Assembly (NCBI RefSeq): GCF_964194155.1
Contig: NC_135893.1
Span: 21,018,001 to 21,082,000, forward strand
Origin: Cetorhinus maximus
Taxonomy: Eukaryota
Reading direction: 5' to 3'
DNA: 64,000 bases
Shown here one piece after another: positions 35,061 through 47,693 of the stretch (positions are counted from its first letter, which is position 1; each line of letters begins with the position of its first letter). A model generated the notes under the pieces. It had not been told where the DNA came from and did not search any database. It saw nothing but the letters and a program-made list of their open reading frames with translations. The position numbers were made by a program, and so were the translations under genes.

Positions 35061-38000
35061 GTGAGTGACTTCAAATAATCCTCTCATCATAATCAAATTC
35101 ACTTAGTGTGTGGACAAAGTACAAAATTTTTGATAACATACAAAGTTAACAAGGCAAATATTTGGGGCGAATGAGATAATGTGAGCCATTTCCCATGGTG
35201 ATAATAGTACATGGGTATGAAAGTTATTGTAAATTGTTCAATTGCCAAATGCACTTGAATGATGATAATCTCTTCATTAAATAGCTTTTCGTGATTTATA
35301 TATCTTGTAAATGAAATCCCTATCTCCCAACCTACTAAGAAGCAGAAATATTGGTACTATATAGAATTGTGGAGAGCCTTTTGCAGCTGAAAAGACAGCT
35401 TCGGATTTTGGGACGTTACCAGAACCATGTCCTCTGAAAAACATTGGCCTGGATTTTGTGGTTAGTGATAAAGCAAAGATGCTCACTGGTGACCTCGAAG
35501 AAAGATGCCCACAAAGATCTAGTAATCTCCGTAGCGTGTACTTTCCCTTTCCTAACGGCAGTTTAAATCTGGCACCAAGTCGAGGGAATGCCTTAGCGTG
35601 CAGCAGCAGCTAATGTCAGCGAGCAGGGTAAGTAGTCAGTTGCATTGAAATATTCACAGAGCACAAAACCAGGAAGTTAAAATCACTTAAAACCCTTATT
35701 TTATGTTTTCAGATAGTGACATCACAGAATCTTTACAGTGCAGAAGGAGGCCAAATGACTCATCAAGTCTGCACTGGCTCGCTGACAGAGCATTCTGCCT
35801 AATCCCACTGCCCTGCCTTATCCCATAACCTTGCACATTCTTTCTTTTCAAATAGCAATCCAATTCCCTTTTGAATACCTTGATCGAACCTGCCTCCAGC
35901 ACGCTCTCAGGAAGTTTGTTCCAGACTCTAGCCACCCTCTGGGTTAAAAAAAAAAATTTCCTCACATCACTTCTATTCTTTTCGTCCATTATTTTGAATC
36001 TCTAGTTTGCCCTCTAGTTCTTGATGTATGCTTGAGTGGGAACAGTTTCTCACTATTTACCCTGTCCGTACCCCTCAGGATCTTGAATAACTTTATCAAG
36101 TCTCCTCCCAGCCTTCTTTTCTCCAAGGAAAATAGACCCAACCTCTCTAATCTATCCTCATAACTACAATTGTTTATCCCTGAAATCATTCTTGTGAATC
36201 TCTTCTGTACTCTCCCCAATGCCTTCACATCCTTCCTCAAGTATGGTGCCCATAGCTGGACTCAGTACTCCAGATGAGGCCTAACTAGTGTCTTATACAA
36301 GTTTAACATGACCTCCTTACTCTTGTACTCAATGCCCCTATTAATAAAACCTAGGATACCTATGCTCTCTCAACATGCCTCTTCACCTTCAATGACTTAT
36401 GCATATCTACACCAAAGTCCCTTTTTCCCTGCACCTCATTTAGAGTTTCTGTCTTCATTTTATATTGTCTTTCCATATTCTTCCTGCCAGAATGAATCAC
36501 CTCACACCTCTGCATTGAACTTCATCTGCCCAATCCGACCATATGTATTTTTAAAGGTCAAGACTATCCGCATCACAGTTGACAATGTTTCCAATCTTCG
36601 TATCCGTCACAAATTTTGAAATTATGCCCTGCACAACACAGTCTAGGTCATTAAAATATATCAAGAAGACATCCCACACATATAAAATGAGCTTTTCAGG
36701 GCCTGTAAGGGTGTTTAGCAGTAATTATGAAGTTGGTACACCATTGAAAACCCAATTACATCTCTGTCAGCGAGGTGTAACTTTTCAAGTATTTTTTACT
36801 GCGAGACTAATGATGGAAGAGTGGAAGTTCTTATCATGTCATAGATTTCCCAATGATTGCAGCCTGGGGGTCCTCAATAGTACACACTTTGGAGAAATAC
36901 AGAACATCACTGACAGCAACTTCGGGATTTCCAAGTGATTCATTGCATGTCTGGACTCCCGAAGTTCCTGCCATTTTCAATGGAGTAGTGAAGCCAGTGT
37001 TACCACAGTAACATCTGAACCAATGACTCATTGTGTACCTCCACATCTACCATTTTTAATCCTGATTCCTAGTTTCTTTTCCTATTTAATTCTATTCATA
37101 ATTGCCCTAATACTTAGATTTAAAGTTTTGGTTAAGTGAGCTTTCAGTTTTCAGTGAATTTAGAGTTGTGCTGTTTAATGAACAGAGCTGTTAAAGTTCT
37201 CTAGTGCAAGAATGCACTTCACTAACATTGTAAGTCAATAGATATTGGTTAAATGTCCCATTTTCCCACACTAATAGTACATTCAGTATACCTACCCATG
37301 CAGGTGGCACATTTCTAGCAAACAACTTAGTGGTTTTTAGTTCCCCAAATTTAGCGTTTCTCTAAATGAATCCACTTCATTAGTAATTTGTTCAGGAACA
37401 GGGCATGGTGACTACTTATGGACATGACAATGGATAGGCCGCATTTTTATTAATCTATGGTTAAAACCTTTAATATTTTGTGTAAAAGTTCTGCTCGGAA
37501 ACAGTAATCCAAGAGTCACTACAATACCTGGTTCATTGTAAAGCAAGTCACTACATCCTGACAAGTAGATGCAACTTGAACTCAGTTAATGGCTGGGTGC
37601 TACTTTGGAGAAAATGTGTACATGCAATGTGTGAGTGCCTCTTGACAAAATTTTCAAAAGAAATACCAATTTTGTTAAGAAATGTGTTATAATCTGAGGC
37701 ATGTAAAAGTCACTTTTAATCCCTCTCAAATTTTCTTAGCTAATTCATCTCCTGAAGGTACTGATTCTGTACTGGGATACTTTTGGGCATTCGGCAACTC
37801 TTCAGTGGGTATTTAGCTGCGAGTCTTGATGGTTCATGTTGGCAGACTTTTTTTAATTCATTCACAGGATGTGGGCTTTGGCTGGTCCAGCAATAAATGC
37901 CCATCTCTAGCTGCCCTTGAGAAGGTGGTGGTGAGCTGCCTTCTTGAACCACTGCAGCTCATGTGGTGTAGGTGCACCCACAGTGCTGTTAGGAAGGGTA

Positions 38001-38978
38001 TTCCAGGATTTTGATCCAGTGACAGTGAAGGAACGGCGATATATTTCATTCACTGGTAACATCATTGCTGACTCCAGTCCCATTCTCTTTGGTACTTCTG
38101 GCAGGGGCTCACTGGCTAGCAATCAGGAGAGGGACCCCTATTTTCCACTCTCTCTAGCCATTTGGGGTGAAGTACAATTGTGGTGCTTCTACAATCCCAG
38201 TTCAGTGAAAAATCAGGGGTCAAAATTGCAACCTTTTAGCTGCAACATACAGGTTGAACTACTGGAGTTCAAGTTGTAGCTGTTTTTCTGGATGTGGTGA
38301 CCTGCTTGACAATGGACTGATTTTGTGGTTGCTCTAGGATTATTGCTCCTCAAGTTTTAATTTTAATTTTTGTTAGATCAGTGATTTAATTCAATTTTTA
38401 AAAGCCAGGATGTTGGTGGTAATGCTAAGATATATTTCTGTTTGTTACCCTTTAGGTTCATGAATAGCCTCGGGAAGGCCTTTTCCTTTATTTCAAGTGA
38501 TGCCTTCGCCAAAATCCAAATTCTGGAAAACTACAGATGTGGCGCAAATGGCCACAATTATCTAACAATTCAGTCAATGGTGAAGTATGAGGTAGACCAC
38601 AACCTTGTGGACCTGAAGAAGCGGGGCGACTACTCGAGTTCTGGCTGTCGTACGTTACTGCGGCTCCATCGTGCCCTCAAGTGGCTGCAGCTCTTTCTGG
38701 AGAAGTTGCGGGTAGCTTCTGACGATAGCAAAACGTCCGTCCTTTGTACAGAGGCCTATAATGACTCCCTGGCCAACTACCATCCCTGGATAATATGCAA
38801 AGCTGCAGCTGTTGCCTTTTATATGCTGCCAAGCCGAGCGAGCTTCTTTGAGATTATGAATATGGGCCCGACTGAAAAGGTTGTGGCTATACTGGGAGAA
38901 GCACTGCCACTCATTTCAAAGACTTATAACATCACACAAGACCTATATAGTCAACACGGCTTGCTTGACCTTCCTTAA
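34942..38978 (+). CDS. CPTP: Ceramide-1-phosphate transfer protein (GLTPD1): join(34942..35060,38456..38978); 642 nt, 213 aa
   Basis: Exon 1 MVEPVKFSLAEALECFRNCLTDDGEIVQEHYLNGWKGLV-AA|gtgagt splices in phase 2 to tttag|G-FMNSLG...GCRTLLRLHRALKWLQLFLE...YHPW...LLDLP*. GLTP-fold motifs match human CPTP, which is also head-to-head with INTS11. Confidence 0.97.
35720..36670 (-). mobile_element. CR1-type LINE 3' fragment in the CPTP intron, apparently nested in an older MITE-like element (about 35446-37022)
   Basis: ORFs 35989..36240 and 35696..35989 (RVQKRFTRMI, RRLGGDLI, TQRVARVWNKLP); host ends ggcctggattttgtgg and ccacagtaacatctgaacc. Confidence 0.8.
38456..38978 (+). CDS. CPTP: CPTP coding exon 2 (terminal)
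   Basis: Acceptor tttag at 38451-38455; lies within ORF 38442..38978. Confidence 0.97.
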
Positions 38979-41880
38979 TAGTGCACTTTTGTAAAGCAGT
39001 TGGGTTGTGTTGGGCATTTTAATAGTGGTATCTTCAAATGCAAACTTCAGCTACCAAATATTCCACGTTTAATAGAAAAAACTACTTTAACGTCAATTCA
39101 CCTGAAAATAATTTATTGGCTACTCCCTTCACCCTGCGAAAGTGTTTATTGAAAGGGTAAATATTGGCCTCTCATTTCAATGAGATCCCTAGACTGACGG
39201 GATGAAAATGTCACTTGTCTGTATGGATTCTTCGTAAAATGAAGCTGAGAAATTTCAAACTAGTTGCTAAAGGGCGTGGCCCCACAGTACAGAACTGGTT
39301 TGGAAGGGGCATAGGATGACTGGTATGGAAAGTGAAAAATAGATTTAGGTACAGCCAGGATGCTTCTCAAAGGTTAGGACAGATTATGGGAGTGTTGCTC
39401 TGCATTTAAGCGTAATCATAGCTAACCTGGGAATGATTGCAGACACCGCTGCCCAAAATAGAAAGTATTTCGTTCCATAGGACTACTATCCCTAATCTCC
39501 ATCATTTACTTTCACAGTGACTTTTGATTCATGAAATGGCCTGCTTCAAAACCTCTTTTTTGTATTTTTTTGGCTGCCAGTGGTGTTTGCCATGCATCAA
39601 TATTTGTTGCAGCACAAACCACCATTGTTTCTGCATTTTTCAGCTGGTATTGGTGCCATGAAGATGTCCATCTCTTTAAAAGCTGAGTAAAACAGCCTAG
39701 GTGTCATTTTAAAAGGATGAAAATGATCCTTCAAAAAATTTCAAGAATATTCATTTGCAATGCCTCAAGCTCCAATGCACAAGAGTAAGCTTTAATTCAA
39801 TTCCTATTGCTGACCAAGAACATGCTTTAATAATCTTTGGATGTGTAAATGAAGATCATATGTCTTCAATGAGAAAAGTTAACACTATAAATTGCTCCCA
39901 CTCCCACCATTATTTTCTCTACTCTGTAAAGGTGGCGTCTGTTGGTATATGATTCTAAGGGTATCAGAAACTTATACCTTTTCCAAATGCTCATTCTTCA
40001 TGTCTGAATGTGGGCTGTGAGCCTGTTTAACTATGGCATGCATCACAGTCCAGCCTAATTCTGTTGTCAGTGACTTAAACATTTTGTGCGCTTTGAAGTA
40101 GGTTTGGTGGTGGGTGGGGGTGGTGGTGACTGACAATTTTTTGTTCCTATTTCTTTTGTCCAAGGACAGCGAAGCCATTTGTACTACCTCAGTGAAACAG
40201 GGTAGCTGAATCCAAGCCATGGATTGGTTCTGGGCCCCTCCCAGCTGAGTGATACACAATTGTATAGCTGAGCTTGTAATTGTGAGAAGATGAAACATAG
40301 GCTAATGAGTTAACTCCTTTATGTTTTCTATAGCTTTGTTATACTCTGTAAAACAGGTAAGTTTAAAAAGCTTCCCTCCCACTATCCAAATATAGTTTTT
40401 AAATTCAGTTGTTCTTAGCTCTGAGATGGTAGGTGTACTTGATCCAGCTATGAACAAGTTCATGATGAAGGCTCTAAAATGTTCTCATTTCAGATACTGA
40501 CTGATACTGTTTTGTGATTGAATTAAGTTGTCTAAAAGCTATTGCTTGGAATGAGTAACAAAGCCATAAGATTACTACCACAGTTCAAAAGAGACCAGCC
40601 CCCGGTATTACTTTTGCAAGATTGAATTCGGAGAAATTTGAAGTAATTGTAGAACTAGAAAATATGGTTTAGATAACTTTTTGAACTGCGTTTTCTTGGT
40701 ATACTGCATGTATCTTTTAACCATATCATTTGCTTTGCAAGTTAGGAAATGAAAAGGGAATGTATGTTAGTTTAAGAACACCTGGAAAGCTTTCATTGTT
40801 CTGTGTGGAAAGAATAAGCCATTTACTGTTTTTTTGTTTCTCCCGCCTCTTTCTGGGTACAGTTCAACTGGCATTTGCTGTTTTCCAGAATGGCCTGTCA
40901 ACAGGTGATCCTGGATAGTGTCTTGTTGCAAAAGGACATGACATCCAAGCCTGATCCTGGACACCCAGAAAGACAGACAGACAGAAATCGATGGTTAACA
41001 ATCAGCTGTGATTTTTCCTTGCCCTGTTCCCCCACTGTCATTCAGGTCAATTTTAATGCCTCAATGGAGCGCAGCAAATTTTTAGGTTGAACAATGAACC
41101 TTTTTTGGTCTGTGCAGGGGCAGTGCACTTACCCAGTTGATTAGCTGGGGAAGATTAGTCATTTTTAACCCTTATAGAAGAACAGAAATTGTAGTCAGTG
41201 AATTCTGTTAACAGCGCCGGTCTATTAACTGGTTAGGGAGTGGAAAATCCAGTGTTTCCGCAGCAGCTGGAAACAGTATGTGCAGAATTTCTGCGAAAAC
41301 AAGATCAGCTCAGCTGTGATGCTCCCTGTGCTCCAAGAAGCTGCTGCTTGTTGTCTAGACTGAAACGTGAACAATGGAGACAGTGGCCTTTTACCCCAGG
41401 AAGAGTCACTGCTTTTAGGACATAGGAGGACATGGATGGGAAAAGGAAACAAAAAGAAAGAGATTTCAAACAATTGCAGATAAACTTTAATTAATTATGT
41501 GAAGAACACTGGAATGTCTTAATGATTATTTTCACTGAGATCAATATTGTTACTGGGATTTTTTTCCTAATCCTATTCACATATCCGCTTTAATCAACAC
41601 GAGTCTTTGAATAGTCAAAAAGGCAACTCTTACACTCCTTGTTTTCAACTATTATATGTGAATGGGTTTGACCTACTTTGGAGGATTTTCATAATCGTTA
41701 GTCTAGTTATAAACTTGTCTAAATTTCAACCATTATAATAACATTATAATTGCTGGACTTCAAAAATTATATAATATAAGAAATATGTTTACATTTGATC
41801 TTTGACCAAAAATGATTCATAATTTATTTAAAATTTAGGGTTTTGTAATTTGGGAATAATTATGTTCATTGTATAAAAGC

Positions 41881-41886
41881 ATTAAA
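41881..41886 (+). terminator. Candidate CPTP polyadenylation signal ATTAAA, implying a 3' UTR of about 2.9 kb
   Basis: ATTAAA followed by CA and a T/GT-rich tract (attttgcattgtgtttggtg), at the end of a long AT-rich, repeat-poor stretch. Confidence 0.4.
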
Positions 41887-42044
41887 TTGTGATGTACATC
41901 ATTTTGCATTGTGTTTGGTGTATAAACTGTTAAGGCTCATCAATCTTAGGAGTGCAGGAAAACAGGTAAGTAAATTGAATTTCTCAGCAGCCTGCTGGTG
42001 CCAAATGTCATACTACTGTCGTCATGCTCATCGTAACTTAGTAA

Positions 42045-43750
42045 CATAGGAAATAGGGGCAGGAGTAGGCCATTTGATTGCTTGAACCTGCTCCACCATT
42101 CAACTAGATTATAGCTGATCTTCTACCTTAATGCAATTTACCTGCCCTATCCCCATGTCCCTTGATATCTTTAATCAATAGAAATTGATCTCTGTCTTGA
42201 ACATACTCAATGACTGAGCCGCCACTGCCCTCAGTGAAGAAATTCTCCTCATCTCAGTCCTAAATACCCCTTATTCTGAGACTGTGTCTCTTGTTTCTAG
42301 ACCCCCACCAACCCATCCATGAGATTAGCTTTCATTCTTCTAAACTCTCTGGAGAATACAGGCCCAGTCTCCTCAATCTCTCCTCAAAGGACAATCCTGC
42401 CATCCCAGGATTCCGTCTGGTGAACCCTTGTTGCACTCCCTCTATGGCAAGTATATCCTGGTAAGGAGACCAAAACTATACAGTCTCACCAAAGCTCTAT
42501 ACAATTGCAGTAAGGCATCTTTACTCCTGTACTCAACTCCTCTTGCAATAAAGGCCAGCTTATTATTACCTTTCTAACTGCCTGCTGCATCTGCATGTTA
42601 GCTTTAAGTGATTTATGAACAAGGACACCGGGTCCCTTTGGTTATCAACACTTCCCAATCTCTCACCATTTAAGAAATATTCTGTATTTCTGTTTTTCCT
42701 ACCAAAGTGGATAACTTCATATTTTGTTCCATCTCCCCTGTTCTTGCCCACCCAAATCCCCTTGAAGCGTCTTTGTATTCACTTCACAACTTGCATTACC
42801 ACCTAGTTTTGTGTCATGAGCAAATTTGGAAATATTACATTTGGTCCCCACCTCCAAATCATTATTATAGATTGTGAATAGCTGGGGCACAAACACTGAT
42901 TTTTATTATTCATTCATGGGCATCCCACGAACAAATAATAAATGCCCTTGTTCAGAGGGCATTTTTTAAAGAGTCAACCACACTGGGTCTGGAGTCACAT
43001 GTAGGCCAGATCAGGTAAGGACAGCAGATTTCCTTCCCTAAAAGGCATTAGTGAACCAGATGGGTTTTTATGACAATCAACAATAGTTTCATGGTCCAGA
43101 TATTTATTGAATTCAAATTCCACCATCTGCCATGGCAGGATTCAAATCCAGGTCCCCAGAGCATTACCCTGGCTCTCTGGATACCAGTCCAGTGACAATA
43201 CCACTATGCCACCACCTCCCCATAATTCTGGCAGTACCAATAGTCACAGTCTGCCAACCTGAGAATGACCCATTTATTCCTACTCTCTAGTTTTCTGCCC
43301 GTTAACTAATTCTCAATCCATTCCATGCCAATCCCTTGTGCCCTAATTTTGCTTACTAACGTCTTGTATGGGACCTTATTAAAGGCCTCAAAATTCAAAT
43401 ACACCACATCGACTAGTTCCTCTTTATTTATTCTGCTAGGAACCTCCTCAAAAAACTCCTAACAGATTTGTCAAACATGATTTCTCTTTCATAAATCCAT
43501 GTTGACTTTGCGCAGCCCTACCAATATTTTCTAAGTGTTCAGTTATCACATCCTTTATAATAGATTCTAGCATTTCTCTACTACTGATATCAGACTGACA
43601 GGTCTGTCGTTCCCTGTTTTCTCGCCCTCCTTTCTTAAATAGAGGGGTTACATTTGCTACCTTCCAATCCGCAGGAATGCTACCACAATCTATAGAATTT
43701 TGGAAGATGATCACCAATATCTCTTTAGCTGCCTCTTTCAACATTCTCGG
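42045..43750 (-). mobile_element. CR1-type LINE fragment interrupted by a SINE
   Basis: IPADWKVANVTPLFKKG, QSQHGFMKEKSCLTNLL and EVIHFGRKNRNTEYFLNGERL; 3' UTR at 42045-42250. Confidence 0.85.
42905..43222 (-). mobile_element. tRNA-derived SINE sharing its tail with the second LINE family; partial copies at about 34165-34360 (+) and 57898-58025 (+)
   Basis: Minus strand ggggaggtggtggcatagtggtattgtcactggact...ggatttgaatcctgccatggcagatggtggaatttgaattcaataaa...atgaatgaataataaaa. Confidence 0.75.
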
Positions 43751-44840
43751 ATTACATAACAACTGTACTGCTTTAGGTGATGGATTATTGTAGATCACTT
43801 TGCAGTGGGAGATTAGTGCCTCGTTCCATGGGCAATTCCAGACTAAAGCACGTGTTCCTTCAGCAAAACCAGAATTTTGCTCATTCTTGTGCAGGGTCCT
43901 CAAAAATAATTTGACCCTTACCTTTGGTGGGGCAGGCTCGGACCAAAAATTACAATCGGAGCCCTGTTTACATAATAGAACCCCACTTTCCCTGTTGTCT
44001 GACATTGGATAATACAATTGGATTTAGACAGCCAATATTAAGGGTGGTAAGACTAGTGATCTCATTTTGAGGCCACGAATGCTGGGCAAAGGCAATGAAA
44101 ATCGACCCCTTTGGGTGATTTGATAGGAACAAAGGTTTTGAAGGCAAATTGGGGAAGCAGTTTAACAGGTCAAGAGAGAACATTTTTAATTGCTCATAAT
44201 GCTCCAAACCTTTACTGCCTCATCCAAATGGTCCAACTGTTCTCATCTGGAAATATAATTCACCTGCCTGCTTTATAGAATTCCCAAAGCTATCTTGTGT
44301 GGCGAGTTATAGGTTTGCAGCAGAGGGAATTGCTACAAAGTTGCACTAAAGGTGCAAATTTTGCAGTATTAACTCGAACACCTGGGGAGACATCCCTGCA
44401 CGATGCAAGCATGTCTGCTGGGTTTCGGTTTGACTGAATATGAAGTTGCTAAATGTCTGCCAGGCATTTGACAGTCACAAGGCAACTCGTGACTGCTTCA
44501 TTTGGCTTTCAGTATGATTATTGATGGTGTATATCTGCATTCAGGATCAGGCTCTTCCATTAGCATACCCACAAGTGTGATTCACCCATCACTGCCTCTT
44601 AATCTGTAAAGATACAGATGGGTATCTGTCTGGGTTCTTCCAAATTTAAATTGTCATCACACTAAAGTTATTGGGGAAGAGAAAAAAGTTGACACAACCC
44701 CAGATGAAAGTAATTACAATTAAAGAGTGCAGTGTCTGAAATTACTTGGTTAAGGATTTTGCTGAAAGTTGATAGTTCCCATATCATTATATTCCAAAAT
44801 GTTTAAGGTTTATAACTATGCCAGGTAATTGCACATGTAG

Positions 44841-44854
44841 CCAGTAGATGGTGC
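44841..44854 (+). promoter_or_regulatory. Candidate CTCF site
   Basis: CCAGTAGATGGTGC matches the CTCF core, with TTGCAC six nt upstream resembling the upstream motif. Confidence 0.45.
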
Positions 44855-46218
44855 AATTTATTTGATAAGCACCCGGATGAAACAGGAAACCACCAACAAC
44901 TTGCATTCATGTTAATTATTCATTAACTATCCATTCCAAGGGAGATTAAATGGCCCTGTTATATGGTCCTGTGCTTTAACAGTAATTGGGAGATAACTAA
45001 ACACATAATGACCTTCTAAAAAGAACAGATTCTGTTCAGCTTTATTCAAAGCACACCCCCACAAGAAATAGGAGCAAGACTAGACCATACAGCAAATCGA
45101 GCCTGCTCCACCATTCTGTACAATCAAGGCTGATCATGGGTTTCAACTCCACTTTCCGGCCTGTCCCCCATATCCCTTGATTCCCCGAGACATCAAAAAC
45201 CTATCTATCCCAGCCTTAAATGTATTTAATGAAGGAGCATCCACAACCCTCTGGGCTAGAAAATTCCAAAAAATTTAAGTAATTTCTTCTCATCTCAGTC
45301 CTAAATGACTGGCCCCTTATCCTGAGACTGCCCTGTGTTTTAGATTCCTCAATCAGCAGAAACAATCTCTCAGGGTCAAAATTATGAAATTAAACTGGAT
45401 TTCCTCTCAAGTAGATACACAGGAATAGTGTGTTCTGATAGTTCAGTGAGCAAACTGAGCTATAACAGACGTTGATATCCTTGTTCAATTTATAATTAAG
45501 CCCTTAAAACTCAATAAACAGATAAACCTGCCCATTCTGACATGGTCACAAGACAGCTACCAGCTCACTGGCACTGCATAGCTATATGAGAGTACCTCAG
45601 GGAAAGGAAGAAAATTAGAGGAAAACAAATAATTAAAATGCTGGAGCAATGGGAAAAACATTTCCAAATCTCCCTCGCAAGTCACACACACCATTCTGAC
45701 TTGGATATAGATTGCTGTTCCTTCGTCGTTTTTGGGCAATGATCCTGGGCCATTCTGTCCCTAATGCTGTGGTGGGAGAACTTATCACTACGTGGACTAC
45801 AGTGGTTCAAGGAGAAGGCTCACCACCTCCTCATGGAAACTAGGAATCAGCAATAAATGTGAACTTGCCCTGCCCACATCCTATGAACAAAATGCATCAA
45901 ATAAAATGGGTCATGGTTAGGAACAGATTCAAATTGAGAATTTAGGTGAATAATATTGTTCACATTACTTTATTGGATGACTCTTATTTTGTAGAGCCAA
46001 TGTGTACCTCAGCAGTGCCAACCAGAAGGTCTTACATTTGATTCCCAGTTTGTGCTGAGTTAGGTGATCTTATCCAAGTGGATGGTGGAGGCATTACAAT
46101 TAATTTCTGTATTTCTGGAGTAAGGTTGGGAAAATCAGTCAGTGTTCCTCATCAGTATCCATTGAGTCCAGCTAGAAAGAATGCACAATGATGCCTCTTT
46201 AGATGAATCTATGCAAAA

Positions 46219-46630
46219 GGGCCTCAGTTTAATGTCTCACCTGGAAGGTGCCATCTCTGACCATGTAGCACTCCTTCAGTACTGCACTGAAGTATGAGTC
46301 TAAATCGTGTGTTCAAGTCCTGCCTTGGAGCTGAACCTTTGACCTTCTGATTCAGAGACAGGAATGCTGCCAGTTGAGCCAAGCTGACAATACAAGACCT
46401 CTCCCGTTTGCTCTGACAAATGTAAAAGATCCCAGGATATCATTCTGAGCAGAGCAATATTCTGGATCAGTATTTAATCCTCAACTAACACAAGTGAAAC
46501 AAATTTATCTTGCTTGGGAGCTTGCTGTGTGTACTGGCTGTTCCATTTGCCAACTAACAGTGACGAATTGGCTGCAAAGTATATTGGGATGTCAAGCTCT
46601 TGAAAAGCACTACAGAAATGCACGTTTCTT
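46219..46630. mobile_element. Deu-domain SINE with its 5' half inverted
   Basis: 46219-46388 is the 5' half on the minus strand; 46403-46630 is the 3' half on the plus strand. Confidence 0.65.
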
Positions 46631-47247
46631 CTATCATTTGTACATGTACACTTTCTAGTGGGGCCATGGGAGAACAGGTAGTTAGCCTAGCTGACTTTTT
46701 CCTTCCCTTAGTCAAAGATTTTGAGATCAATTGTAAAATCCCTGCCTCTAATCTGATTGAATTCAATTACTTCATCCCAGACTAGGGATATGGGTGTCTT
46801 CCTGGTCTCATGTATGTAACTTAATAGGAGAACTGGGTGGTGCATTTATCCAGTACACCATTATCGGAGCTGACAATCATTATTTTACTTCTCTGCGAAG
46901 ATGTTGCTACAAATGTAATCATCCTCGCCAGACTCTGACATGAAGATCTTGTTGGTCTTGTGAACTGGAACTTCTACACTTAGCAAAAGTTTTATTGAGA
47001 AACCAAAGTTCAACAGGGTTCACAAACAATTACAAATTTTTGAGATTAGACAGGACAATAAACGTAAACTTTCCCGAATGATGGAAATGACCAAGGGTAG
47101 CAACTTTGTCCCTCACAACGTTTGGATTGTCAATGAACCATGACATTTTCATCGTTCTTAACAATTTCCCTGTTCCTTTCAGGTACACTAATAACTTTTC
47201 TGTGCTGTTTTCATCAAGCCAAGGAAACAAAGAATTCTACCAACAGC

Positions 47248-47385
47248 CAATTCTGTTGAACGGTCATTAACCCGAAACGTTGGCTTTAGTTCTCCCTCCA
47301 AAAAAGCTGCCAGACCTGCTGATTATTTCCAGCATTTTCTGATTTTGTTTCAGAGTTCCAGCATCCGCAGTATTTTGCGTTTGAG
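47248..47385 (+). mobile_element. Penelope terminal fragment with a decayed hammerhead-like motif
   Basis: ttctgttgaacggtcattaacccgaaacgttggct...gctgccagacctgctga...ttccagcatccgcagta. Confidence 0.75.
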
Positions 47386-47589
47386 TATTTTCTTTCTGAC
47401 TGCAAATAGTTATTTTTGCCGGCTCCGAAACTGGTACAGCAGTTAACGGAAATTAAACGTGTTTTAAGTATTTAAAAAAAACACAACGGGAATCGCAAAT
47501 CTAGATTCAAAGAAGAAACCGCAGGGTTACCTTTAATAATGGAGGTATTTTACCCAGAGTCCCCAGCGCTACAGAAAGTCCTCTATCTC

Positions 47590-47693
47590 TGCAATGGACA
47601 GCAGGAGTGTATTGCGCAGGTCCGGAAGTGAATCTGTGGTGGTGCTGCATTCTGGGTGGGAGGTGCTGGAGATTGTTGGAGCTGCTGCAGACA
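47590..47693 (+). promoter_or_regulatory. Promoter/5' UTR of the zinc-finger gene
   Basis: CCGGAAGTG (ETS/GABP) at 47622-47630, TGCGCA at 47613 and a ZNF143/Staf-like GCATTCTGGG at 47647-47656, followed by ACAATGGCAG|gtaaaa. Confidence 0.65.

Noticed and set aside
43448-44017. 189-aa minus-strand ORF
   Set aside because: Chance fusion of non-coding sequence with a frameshifted CR1 RT fragment.
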